The position numbers were made by a program, and so were the translations under genes. Positions 1 to 8,823 of a stretch of DNA of 64,000 bases are shown piece after piece. Under the pieces are notes generated by a model. It did no database searches and was not told where the DNA came from. It worked only from the letters and a program-made list of their open reading frames with translations. Source of the stretch: a virus (Duplodnaviria > Caudoviricetes); IMG/VR virus record IMGVR_UViG_3300044557_000104, positions 1 through 64,000 of that record; one strand, 5' to 3'. Each line of letters begins with the position of its first letter. Within the stretch, counting starts at the first letter, position 1.

Positions 1-20
1 TAATTTTAAAAATTGAAATA

Positions 21-127
21 ATTCTACTATTCTACTATTCTACTATTCTACTATTCTACTATTCTACTATTCTACTATTCTACTATTCTACTATTCTACT
101 ATTCTACTATTCTACTATTCTACTATT
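21..127. repeat. 8-bp tandem repeat (ATTCTACT) x13 plus partial unit
   Basis: Perfect tandem copies read directly from 21 to 124, followed by ATT. Confidence 0.97.
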
Positions 128-166
128 ATTTAAAGGAGGATCACAAAAAAGGATTTAAAAAAGTAT

Positions 167-195
167 TTTACAATATTGATAAAGTATGCTACAAT
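167..195 (+). promoter_or_regulatory. sigma-A-type early promoter
   Basis: TTTACA-17 bp-TACAAT with extended -10 TG, upstream of ORF 228. Confidence 0.75.
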
Positions 196-227
196 GATAC
201 TAACAAATAAAGAAAGAGGTAAACAAC

Positions 228-617
228 ATGACAAATACAATTACAAACTACGACACTATGGATAACACAGAAAAGGCTACGTTTCTATATGACTTTGCTT
301 TAAATAATGACGCTAGTATTTTAGAAAGCGTGCTAATCGATTTAAGTTGTAACACTGATGTGCCTATTTTTGACCTAGTGGAGTGGTTAGACAACTTTGA
401 CAACAACGCGGAATTAATTCAGATTGCACAAGCAAGTAACCATTTTGATGTTAATGACACTTACATTTGTGAGGGTATTTATTACAGTGATGTTACTACT
501 GGTAATCATGTAACTGATTTAATTAGTGAAGATACCGCCATTGATTGGATTGCCAACGCCTTAGAGGGTATGCCGCAAGATGTATATGAACTCACTAATT
601 TAATTGAATTTAATTAA
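228..617 (+). CDS. acidic early hypothetical protein (paralog of 1404..1748)
   Basis: GAGGT RBS; shares NY..MDN.EKA and I.WIANAL motifs with ORF 1404. Confidence 0.85.
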   Translation: MTNTITNYDTMDNTEKATFLYDFALNNDASILESVLIDLSCNTDVPIFDLVEWLDNFDNNAELIQIAQASNHFDVNDTYICEGIYYSDVTTGNHVTDLISEDTAIDWIANALEGMPQDVYELTNLIEFN

Positions 618-649
618 TAAAAAGATAATCAAGAAAGAGGTAAGCAAAA

Positions 650-1243
650 ATGATTAGTGCATATAAAAAAATTTTAGATAACGTGGTTTCAAAAAATGAT
701 AGTCGCCCGGTTTTAAAAGGGGTTCACTATGAAAACGGTAGCATGGTTGCCACTGATAGTCATCAACTAGTACTATTTAAAGACGTGGTGGAGGACACCA
801 AACTGAATGTAACGATTGATCTAAGTACCTATTTACCTATCAACAGAGACTACCCGGAAATAGACCGCATCATCCCAACGACTCACACCACGCAGCTAGC
901 GTTCCACAATTTGAGTGAAATTAGTGGCATCGTTGATTATCTTAAGGCGGGTAAAAAACAAACCGTTGATATGGATATTCAGGACTCTGGATTATCCTTG
1001 AAATTGCATGACAACGCGGGCATGACTTACGATCAAAAGGCTGAATGGAGTGGTGAAGCCTTACAGATTAGTTTTAACCCGAGTTACTTGTATAACGCCC
1101 TGGCGTACCTCGATCGGCTATACAAGGAACAACCAAGCGACTATGATGGAGACGTTACAATTAATTTCACTAGTGAGTTACGCCCGTTTACTGTAGAATT
1201 TGGTAAAATGGTATACGTAGTTACACCAGTGAGAAACTACTAG
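650..1243 (+). CDS. truncated DNA polymerase III beta sliding clamp-like protein
   Basis: DnaN-like motifs: SRPVLKGV, VATDSHQL, YPEIDRIIP, ISFNPSYL, F.SELRPF, YVVTPVR; only 197 aa. Confidence 0.8.
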   Translation: MISAYKKILDNVVSKNDSRPVLKGVHYENGSMVATDSHQLVLFKDVVEDTKLNVTIDLSTYLPINRDYPEIDRIIPTTHTTQLAFHNLSEISGIVDYLKAGKKQTVDMDIQDSGLSLKLHDNAGMTYDQKAEWSGEALQISFNPSYLYNALAYLDRLYKEQPSDYDGDVTINFTSELRPFTVEFGKMVYVVTPVRNY

Positions 1244-1344
1244 AATTAAATACTTGGCTAAAAGGGACGCCTTTATTATTTAACTATAATATCGCATCCC
1301 TTTTATTATGCTTATAATAAACTTCAATTAATTTAAAATAAGTA

Positions 1345-1373
1345 TTGACAGTATCCACTAATTATACTATACT
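1345..1373 (+). promoter_or_regulatory. sigma-A-type early promoter
   Basis: TTGACA-17 bp-TATACT. Confidence 0.85.
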
Positions 1374-1403
1374 TAAGTCAATCAAGAAAAGGGAGATCTT
1401 AAT

Positions 1404-1748
1404 ATGACAAAACAAACAAAAAACTATACAGATATGGACAACGAGGAAAAGGCGCAAGTGATTTATAACACGCTACTACGTGATCAACCCGATACGGGGT
1501 TGCCCGATTTGATTTTAGATTTAACATTAGAATACGCGGACGACGTTCAGCTTTATACATCTGATGAAATGTTAGAGTACTATAACCATATTCGTGAAAG
1601 TATTTACTATGCTGGATATACAGCAAGTACTAATATCGGTATCGATCTGATTGATGAAAGCGAAGTTATTGAATGGATCGCCAACGCGTTAGATGATGAA
1701 CTACCATGTATTGAAGAACTTGATAGCATGATGAAAGCTAAACACTAA
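1404..1748 (+). CDS. acidic early hypothetical protein (paralog of 228..617)
   Basis: GGGAG RBS, own promoter, shared motifs with ORF 228. Confidence 0.85.
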   Translation: MTKQTKNYTDMDNEEKAQVIYNTLLRDQPDTGLPDLILDLTLEYADDVQLYTSDEMLEYYNHIRESIYYAGYTASTNIGIDLIDESEVIEWIANALDDELPCIEELDSMMKAKH

Positions 1749-1754
1749 ACTAAC

Positions 1755-1789
1755 AGGGTTAATCTATTATGATTAACTCTTTTTATTTA
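1755..1789 (+). terminator. intrinsic terminator
   Basis: agggttaatc-loop-gattaactct followed by T tract. Confidence 0.7.
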
Positions 1790-2185
1790 TCTATATGTAT
1801 CTGTATTATTCTACCATGTCAATCATAATTAATTATGCAAGTCAAGCACAAAATTGTTACAATTTAATGAGTATAATTTAATAAACTTTTTATTATTTTT
1901 CTATTGATTATCATACATTTATGTGATAAAATAGTAGTAGGCACACCCCCTTGTTTTGAGCACGGGGCGGGTACATGTACATTCCATTCTGGTCTACCTC
2001 AGGTCACTTTATTTTTTCCCAGAAAATTTTTATATCCTGTACGTGAATACCTTAAACATATATGTGACTGTCCCCAATTGTGTCCCAATATATGCTCGAC
2101 TATTGCTCAATAAATGCACGCACACTTGCTCACACATGTAACTAACCCAAGGAACCTAAAGTATCCAATATATACACCCCCTACT

Positions 2186-2224
2186 AAAATAAGCACCCCC
2201 CTCTGTTATAGAAGGAGTGCTTTT
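2186..2224 (-). terminator. intrinsic terminator ending the leftward gene block
   Basis: GCACTCCTTCT/AGAGGGGGGTGC hairpin followed by TTATTTT on - strand. Confidence 0.65.
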
Positions 2225-2259
2225 AAAATGTCTAAATTTTCTCAGAAAAAATTTTAGGC

Positions 2260-2691
2260 TTAATCTTTTTGTTCAATATCACGTGGGTAGATATCTACAT
2301 TTTCTTTAGGACATGGGATTAAGTTACACCATCTATAGTCTAAACTACCATACATACCACCATATAAGTCTAGCACACCTGTGTCTGACCCTTTATCACT
2401 TGTCATATATACTGTTTCTTTCTCATCAATACAGTCTGTGGTTAGAGTAAAAAAGAAGTACTGGTCTTGCTCATTCTTTACATAGACATTAGAAATTTTG
2501 TAATACCCACGCTTATTGTCCTGAGTGACATAAGGGACAGTTACACCTTTGGTAGAAACGTAAGTGTATTTTGCTTTGCCATCATCATAATCATGACCAC
2601 TAGCTAATTCACGTGCCCCTGCTATTGTTGTAGTCTGCTTCTTCGCTGAATAATTATTTGTTCCTGCTAAATCTACTTTTTCTTCTGTCAT
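2260..2691 (-). CDS. hypothetical protein
   Basis: ORF with AAGGA RBS in co-oriented block. Confidence 0.75.
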   Translation of the reverse strand: MTEEKVDLAGTNNYSAKKQTTTIAGARELASGHDYDDGKAKYTYVSTKGVTVPYVTQDNKRGYYKISNVYVKNEQDQYFFFTLTTDCIDEKETVYMTSDKGSDTGVLDLYGGMYGSLDYRWCNLIPCPKENVDIYPRDIEQKD

Positions 2692-2706
2692 AATTAATTA
2701 TATCCT

Positions 2707-3324
2707 TTATTGTTGTTGTTCATACATAATAACTGGTGCATTCTTTACATCTAAACTAATACACGGGTGCAAATAGACATCCCCAGATTTAGACCATAGA
2801 GACACTAATTTACCATCTGTATTGACTACACATGTTTGTTGCTCCTGATCATCTACATTAAAGACAACCATACTAAAATAATAGGTCTTCATAGTGTCTT
2901 TGTCCATAATGTATACATTAACTAATCCACCCGTGGTAAGATAATCTGAATCTGGGGAAAATCCAGTCTCTTGAGTAGCTAGTAGCTGATACTTATCCAT
3001 ATGCCATGTTAAAGCTAACTTACTAGCGTCATCTATTGAAATAGTAGATAAACTAGCAGGACTAGGTAAATCTGTAATCTTATCAGTGTACTCTAGCATA
3101 GACCATTCACCAGTTAATAACATACCAGTATCCATCTCTCCACCTTTGTGTGTAACCAATGATAATGCTTCCTGTGCTGGAAAACAAAACTGTAAATCAG
3201 AATCTTTACTGTCTGCAATTTGGGTAGCAGAGTTAAGAAAGTATTTACCATCTTTTAAACAGATATAACAAGTAGGAAAGTCTGGTGACTTCCATCTAGC
3301 TAACCAAGTACCTTTATTATTCAA
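2707..3324 (-). CDS. hypothetical protein (likely TTG start at 3324)
   Basis: ORF track 2707..3393; GGAGG RBS precedes TTG at 3324, avoiding long overlap with the upstream gene. Confidence 0.7.
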   Translation of the reverse strand: MNNKGTWLARWKSPDFPTCYICLKDGKYFLNSATQIADSKDSDLQFCFPAQEALSLVTHKGGEMDTGMLLTGEWSMLEYTDKITDLPSPASLSTISIDDASKLALTWHMDKYQLLATQETGFSPDSDYLTTGGLVNVYIMDKDTMKTYYFSMVVFNVDDQEQQTCVVNTDGKLVSLWSKSGDVYLHPCISLDVKNAPVIMYEQQQ

Positions 3325-3679
3325 AAGTAGGATCCTCCATAATTTTATCAATGAACTCTTTGGTATATAAATCTTCCAAATCAACTGAATCAACCCGTGT
3401 AGCTTCCATCTTAGCTACCAGCACATCATTAGGATTATACACCTTGGCATAAGCATAGCCAGTGTCGAAATAGGTTCGCTTAGTATAATGACATGATACA
3501 CCATTATATCTACGGCAGTCATTCAAATACTTTTCTAATAACTTATCTAGGTAATTATGTAGCTCTGAATCAATATATCCAGTAACCTCAGTTTCTGCAA
3601 CCATTACCATTGACTTATCTGAGTACTCATCACTAATTTCATACTCTCGTGCCACCCATTTGATTTTTGAATTGATCAT
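3317..3679 (-). CDS. hypothetical protein
   Basis: ORF with GAGGGG RBS. Confidence 0.75.
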   Translation of the reverse strand: MINSKIKWVAREYEISDEYSDKSMVMVAETEVTGYIDSELHNYLDKLLEKYLNDCRRYNGVSCHYTKRTYFDTGYAYAKVYNPNDVLVAKMEATRVDSVDLEDLYTKEFIDKIMEDPTFE

Positions 3680-3696
3680 AATAACTAATGCCCCCT

Positions 3697-4203
3697 CTAC
3701 TTACTTATATTTAAGTTACCCTTAACTTTAATAATACTTCCATTGAAAGTACCAGAGTTATTACTTTGACTGATATGCTTAATATCAGTATGTTGTGTGG
3801 GGTGCCATTCCTTATTGTAATCTAATGATAATCCATCAGCATTTTTATTATACACTTCTAGTTTTACGTACATACTAGCATTATAACTTTGTAATTCACT
3901 CTTTTTATAATAAGTATCAAAGGCATCAAAGATACTATCTACTACTTCTAATGGTGTATTTTCTATTTCCTTTTTAAAGTTAGCGAAATGTACTATCAGT
4001 TTTTGCAGTCCATTACCTTTTCCCTTGATAGTAAAGTATATATTTACATCTGATTCGTCTGGGATTAAAGGATATACATAGCTTGACACATACTCACTAA
4101 GATCGTTAATCTGTGTGTATAGCATTTCAGTAGTAAGTTCCTTAGTAGCTACAGGTTCTGGTTTCTTATAAAAAAATCTCTTAATCCAATTTATTAATTT
4201 CAT
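3697..4203 (-). CDS. hypothetical protein
   Basis: ORF with GGAGG RBS. Confidence 0.8.
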   Translation of the reverse strand: MKLINWIKRFFYKKPEPVATKELTTEMLYTQINDLSEYVSSYVYPLIPDESDVNIYFTIKGKGNGLQKLIVHFANFKKEIENTPLEVVDSIFDAFDTYYKKSELQSYNASMYVKLEVYNKNADGLSLDYNKEWHPTQHTDIKHISQSNNSGTFNGSIIKVKGNLNISK

Positions 4204-4238
4204 TTGTGTAATCCTCCATAGTATTGGTCTATACCATT

Positions 4239-4430
4239 TTAACTTAATAGGTTAAAATTTATAATAGCCAAGTTATTTGCATTTGTATACTCAATTAAAT
4301 CAGCTTTAACATCTTTAATATCCTGTTGTGTTTTAATAGGCTTATATACACTAGCAACAATATTAAGAGTTTCCCCATCTGCTTGCACAGTAACAAAGTA
4401 CTGATATTTGTGTCTAAACGTTCTTAACAT
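4239..4430 (-). CDS. small hypothetical protein
   Basis: Coupled TAATG overlap with upstream gene. Confidence 0.7.
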   Translation of the reverse strand: MLRTFRHKYQYFVTVQADGETLNIVASVYKPIKTQQDIKDVKADLIEYTNANNLAIINFNLLS

Positions 4431-4804
4431 TACAATTCATCCTCCAATTCTTCAATATGAGTGTTAAGATTATCAATCTGCTCATTCAATTCATCAATCT
4501 CTACATCTTTATCTATAGCTTGGTATTTCATCTCTTCAATAGTGTCTAGAAGATCATCATTATCATCTTCTAGTCCCTGCACTTGATCACATAGTTCCTC
4601 ATAATCGTCTAACTTTTCTTCTAGTTCGTCATTCCGATCAGTTACCTTATTGATATACTCAGTAATTTCAACCAGTAAAGTTAAAGCATCTGTAGTAGTT
4701 GTCGCTTTCTTAATATCATTAGTTAACCTAGCAATATCCATGCTATCGAAGATGTCACTAATATTCATCTTGATTAAACTATCTTTAGTCATCAATTTAT
4801 CCAT
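4430..4804 (-). CDS. acidic coiled-coil hypothetical protein
   Basis: Heptad-rich acidic sequence; GGAGAG RBS. Confidence 0.75.
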   Translation of the reverse strand: MDKLMTKDSLIKMNISDIFDSMDIARLTNDIKKATTTTDALTLLVEITEYINKVTDRNDELEEKLDDYEELCDQVQGLEDDNDDLLDTIEEMKYQAIDKDVEIDELNEQIDNLNTHIEELEDEL

Positions 4805-5073
4805 TATTTACTCTCCTTTGTATGATGTCTAATTTCCCGTGCTCTGTGCATTAATGCTAAAAATTCAGATACTCCAAAGACCATTAGTACTAACCACATC
4901 AATGTTAGTAATGCTGATCCAATTGCAAACCCAGTTGTTGTGCTTTGCGCATAGTTCATGAACCATATACGTGAAAAATGCACGCCTGATGCAATGACAA
5001 AGATTGACATGGTCAAACTAATATCATTGACAAGTTTTAAAAATAGTGATACATGACTCCTAGATCGTCTCAT
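4804..5073 (-). CDS. small membrane protein (2 TM)
   Basis: Two hydrophobic stretches; GGAGG RBS. Confidence 0.7.
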   Translation of the reverse strand: MRRSRSHVSLFLKLVNDISLTMSIFVIASGVHFSRIWFMNYAQSTTTGFAIGSALLTLMWLVLMVFGVSEFLALMHRAREIRHHTKESK

Positions 5074-5084
5074 AGTTTCCCTCC

Positions 5085-5315
5085 TTAAACCCTAATAATT
5101 AAATAATGTAGATTTTTAACGCTAGACCAACTTCCTAACCAACTAATTGCTGTAAATAGTGAGTTCCATGTTAGAAACTTGCCTGATAAGTATATTTGGT
5201 TTCCAAAATACAATAAGCAGTACCCACATGCACACAGGGTAATAATATTTAATATGATCCAGATTATCCTAAATGTGTTACTCATCAGTATCACGCTTAT
5301 TATCTCGTGCTTCAA
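5085..5315 (-). CDS. small membrane protein
   Basis: Hydrophobic ORF; true start may be the internal ATG (MSNT). Confidence 0.6.
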   Translation of the reverse strand: MKHEIISVILMSNTFRIIWIILNIITLCACGYCLLYFGNQIYLSGKFLTWNSLFTAISWLGSWSSVKNLHYLIIRV

Positions 5316-5727
5316 TTAACTTATAATAATCATCATTAAGTTTATCCGTGGCCACATCAAAGTAATCCCAGTCTAAACCACCAAACCCATCTGCACCTGA
5401 TAGGGCGTATCCACTACCCAAATGGATAACATCCCCACCATGTCGTTCATATACTTGGATAGTATTGTTATCATGGATAACTTCATCTTCATCAATATTT
5501 TGTAGAGAAATAACATCATTCTCAATTGCCCTAACAATGTATTCATCAGTAGTAACAATGGTGATACCTTTACCATCTCTCCACTTTTTAAAAAGTCTAT
5601 GAGCATGATCTACTTTTTGCTGGGGTTCATCATAGCCCTCTGGATACCAATAAGTATGTTCTGTAGGAAATTTCTTTTTAATATCTTCTGTAGCTCCTTC
5701 ATGAAGCATAATTACTAAATTAGCCAT
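5278..5727 (-). CDS. hypothetical protein resembling a degenerate C-terminal ABC/AAA15 ATPase lobe (DUF3696-like tail)
   Basis: YPE...PQQ and ITIVTTDEYIVRAI resemble the EPE..HP..Q and IITTHS.YIL motifs; no Walker A. Confidence 0.45.
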   Translation of the reverse strand: MANLVIMLHEGATEDIKKKFPTEHTYWYPEGYDEPQQKVDHAHRLFKKWRDGKGITIVTTDEYIVRAIENDVISLQNIDEDEVIHDNNTIQVYERHGGDVIHLGSGYALSGADGFGGLDWDYFDVATDKLNDDYYKLIEARDNKRDTDE

Positions 5728-5882
5728 TTAATCGTCCTCCTCAACTTAAACATAAAGATGAATAACTGCTTTTGGCTTCTGTGTTTTAAAATCCGCATAG
5801 AAGGTGTAAGTTCCTGATGGTTCACTATACTTGCAAGTCAATCCTACGTTTTCCAAGCGTTTAATCATTTCACGTGTTTGCA

Positions 5883-6389
5883 TTAGTAGTTTACCCCCAT
5901 ATAGAGTTCTTTATAGTAGTAACCACGATTAGGTGTTCTTACATTTAGAAAGTCTACCCAACGTTGTGCTTCTTTACTTGAGAATAAGTATCCCATACTC
6001 TTTTTAAGTTCCTCTGTTCGTGGTAGAGCTTTAGCAGAGGTAACAATAATTAGTTGCCCATTCTCTACACTCATATAGCTGGTTTCACCATTACGTTCCC
6101 ATTTAATTAACCAGAGTGAGTTATCCTCATCATCAGTAGTTGTAGTGTTATCACTGCTACCATTTTCTTTGAGATCAGTAATCACACCGCTAAGTGCATT
6201 ACTATACCCTTTCATAGCTAGTAGTTGTGATATCCGCAAGTTATATTGACGAGCACTAATGGTATCTGATCCTAACTTACTACCTTGTGTTTGCTTATGT
6301 AAGAAATCCTTTAGTTTATCAATTTTAGTTTCTAACTCACGATACTCACTAGTAACTTCTTTAATTACAATATCAGTCGGTTTTAACAT
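5883..6389 (-). CDS. hypothetical protein with crAss001_48-like N-terminal helical domain
   Basis: EYRELETKIDKL..F and Q..L...QL.AM..Y...L motifs; GGAGG RBS before ATG 6389. Confidence 0.6.
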   Translation of the reverse strand: MLKPTDIVIKEVTSEYRELETKIDKLKDFLHKQTQGSKLGSDTISARQYNLRISQLLAMKGYSNALSGVITDLKENGSSDNTTTTDDEDNSLWLIKWERNGETSYMSVENGQLIIVTSAKALPRTEELKKSMGYLFSSKEAQRWVDFLNVRTPNRGYYYKELYMGVNY

Positions 6390-6660
6390 TATTATACCCT
6401 CCTTTCCTTTATGATTTAATAATACCACTTATTATTAAGATAAACAATCCCTTGATAGAGGAAATTAGTGAATTATCCAAAGTTTTTGGTAATTCATGAT
6501 TTATTCAGTTTTAGTGCTTTAGGTTTATGGTTAAACCGTAGGACTTGGTTAATGGGATTACATATTATCTTATAGATAATCAAATAAAATAGGATTCAAG
6601 GTTCATTTATGAACCCTAAATCCTTAAAGTGAACAAAAATGTAGCGGATTCCTGTCGGAA

Positions 6661-6792
6661 TTATTTGAATCTCCAGTAGAGAAGACCAAAGATAAAAAAT
6701 AGAATAATTAAAATAGTAGCTGCTAGTGTAATCCAGAAACTATACACTTGAATCATAATGTACCAGTGAATTAAGAGACCAAGGATATGCAA
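6661..6792 (-). CDS. 43-aa hydrophobic peptide (below ORF-track cutoff)
   Basis: GGAGG-8nt-TTG; MHILGLLIHWYIMIQVYSFWITLAATILIILFFIFGLLYWRFK. Confidence 0.55.
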   Translation of the reverse strand: MHILGLLIHWYIMIQVYSFWITLAATILIILFFIFGLLYWRFK

Positions 6793-6795
6793 AAG

Positions 6796-7206
6796 TTAAT
6801 CCTCCAAAGCAAGCCATAGTTGAGCAAAGCGCTCTTGATTCTTTTTATACGCTTGCTTGTTGTCATAGCTCCCTTGATATAGCCAATCAATGATTCCTGA
6901 TGAATCACTAGAACCACATAAAGCATCTCCTAGAGTTTTACCCTTAGACTTCATAGTCTTGGCATAATCAATCACATAGTCTGGATAGACACCGTGTAAG
7001 TTATGGTGGTGTAGTCCTGCAAACTCATTAGGATCACGTAGCATATCCTGAGAAGCATCAAATAGGAACTGCTTAGCAATATTAATATCATGTTGAACTT
7101 CTGCATTAGCTAAAATTTGTGGGTATTTTGCATTAATCCGTTCATAACCTTTATTCATTTGTAAGAACGCTTCATATAATACTTTACTTTCATCTTCCAT
7201 ATCCAT
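6796..7206 (-). CDS. hypothetical protein with DUF1642-like C-terminus
   Basis: P.YV.DY...K and WL...NQERFAQLW motifs; likely ATG at 7206. Confidence 0.55.
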   Translation of the reverse strand: MDMEDESKVLYEAFLQMNKGYERINAKYPQILANAEVQHDINIAKQFLFDASQDMLRDPNEFAGLHHHNLHGVYPDYVIDYAKTMKSKGKTLGDALCGSSDSSGIIDWLYQGSYDNKQAYKKNQERFAQLWLALED

Positions 7207-7207
7207 A

Positions 7208-7798
7208 TTAATCTTCCCCCACCTTTGTAATTTCAATAAAAATTTCATATGGTGATTCTACATAGTCCTTTGATCGTCCTTCTACCTCATAGAACTCTGG
7301 GTGAATTAGATACCATGTAGTTGGCTCATGCTGGCTAATAGAGTGATACTTACCTGTATAGAAGTAATTATTAGCACCTTCTTTAGCACTAGTCTTTAAG
7401 TAATCCTTAATGCTTCGGTTAAAGATTAACTCTGTAGCTTCGTCATAGTACTGCTCATCCTCTTCATCAGTGATCTCATCACCCTCTGGCATATCTGGTA
7501 ATGGTAGGTCACTAGCATAGGGGGAATCAATATCATACCAGTTAGGCTCAGTTTGCCGTCCATCTTGTCCAACGTAGTACTGTATTCCTTCATCTTCACT
7601 GCCTTCCATGTACTGATCTTCATAATCATACCACAATACAGAAACACTAAATTTGTATGATAAGTCCATATCCTTTTGAACACTTTTTAGGAATTTGTCT
7701 GCATCTCTGTCCATTGCCAAAATATTAAAATTGATCTCTGGGTGTTCAGCAAGCAAACGGTTCATAACTAATGATTCTTCTTTAGCAATTTTCCGCAT
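7208..7798 (-). CDS. acidic hypothetical protein
   Basis: ORF coupled to the kinase gene. Confidence 0.75.
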   Translation of the reverse strand: MRKIAKEESLVMNRLLAEHPEINFNILAMDRDADKFLKSVQKDMDLSYKFSVSVLWYDYEDQYMEGSEDEGIQYYVGQDGRQTEPNWYDIDSPYASDLPLPDMPEGDEITDEEDEQYYDEATELIFNRSIKDYLKTSAKEGANNYFYTGKYHSISQHEPTTWYLIHPEFYEVEGRSKDYVESPYEIFIEITKVGED

Positions 7799-8823
7799 TC
7801 TTTTAGTCCTTCCTGAATCTTCATGATAAAATCATCTGATGTCTCTCCCTGCTTATAAGCACTAGCTTTATCAATTATATTAAATAGTCGTAAATCTAAT
7901 ACTGTTTGATGATTAATATGATCCCTCTTAATCACCTTTGGGGAAAGTCCTTGAAACATTCTCATATGATGCTGAATAGCTAGTAGTAGTTGAGCTTGAG
8001 TGTGCATTAGCGGGTTACCAGCATCATTTTCAAAGAAGTAGGCATAAGCAAGGTAAAGCATAGCACTCACATTTTCATGGTTGTAATTATGAGTTCCTTT
8101 TTCATCTTTTGAGAAAGTATAGGGCTTGCCCATATCATGCCAATATGCAAGTTTTACTAATAAATCAGTTGGTAAGTTAAACTGTGCTGTTACAACTTGT
8201 GCCATCTGTTGAGCACTTAGTGTATGTTGTGCTAATGTTTCTGTGTGGTAAGCGTTGCTCTCATTCTGGTCTACCTTTATCTTAGGTGATATCCATTGAG
8301 TAACATCAGATGTGCGAATATCATACCAATCACAATCAACTTCTAAAATTGGTGGTTGCATGGAAGTAAACATATTATGAATAACTTGCTTACCAATCAT
8401 AGGAGTATCACCCAAGCTACTACGTTGAGTATCACGAGCATTAAGGGTGTCTTCACTCTCCATGAATACTTCAATCTTAACAGCAACTTTAATTCCTAAT
8501 TTATCTGCTAGGTGATTAGCTAAGTCATATAAATGGATTCTACGTTTCCTTGATAAGTTAGTAGCATCATAGATAATGGTATCAACATCTACACTTTTAA
8601 TTGCTTGGATAAACCGTTGCTCCATTAAATCAAAGGTTTTATGAGTAATCTCTTTATCTTTCCATGCAGATACTAGATCACCAGTTAGCTCAATTCTGAT
8701 CCCATCGCTACTTAGATACTTGATATTTTCCTTATTATAATGAGAATTATAATACTCAGTAGCCCAATAAGTCTTACCAGAGCAAGGAGCACCTACTAGG
8801 ACTTCAATCTTTTTATCATTCAA
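7768..8823 (-). CDS. polynucleotide kinase (P-loop) fused to HD phosphohydrolase (RNA end-healing)
   Basis: GAPCSGKT Walker A, SSD.IR, YDATNL..KRR; H.ETLAQHT, WHDMGK, NHENVSA, HM HD-domain motifs; adjacent to RNA ligase. Confidence 0.88.
   Translation of the reverse strand: MNDKKIEVLVGAPCSGKTYWATEYYNSHYNKENIKYLSSDGIRIELTGDLVSAWKDKEITHKTFDLMEQRFIQAIKSVDVDTIIYDATNLSRKRRIHLYDLANHLADKLGIKVAVKIEVFMESEDTLNARDTQRSSLGDTPMIGKQVIHNMFTSMQPPILEVDCDWYDIRTSDVTQWISPKIKVDQNESNAYHTETLAQHTLSAQQMAQVVTAQFNLPTDLLVKLAYWHDMGKPYTFSKDEKGTHNYNHENVSAMLYLAYAYFFENDAGNPLMHTQAQLLLAIQHHMRMFQGLSPKVIKRDHINHQTVLDLRLFNIIDKASAYKQGETSDDFIMKIQEGLKECGKLLKKNH

Noticed and set aside
21-127. ATTCTACT repeat as a CRISPR (Cas12a-like) array
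   Set aside because: No spacers and no complementary GTAGA arm; it is a simple tandem repeat
1904-2141. Two overlapping short ORFs
   Set aside because: No RBS, unusual Cys/Pro-rich composition; region looks non-coding
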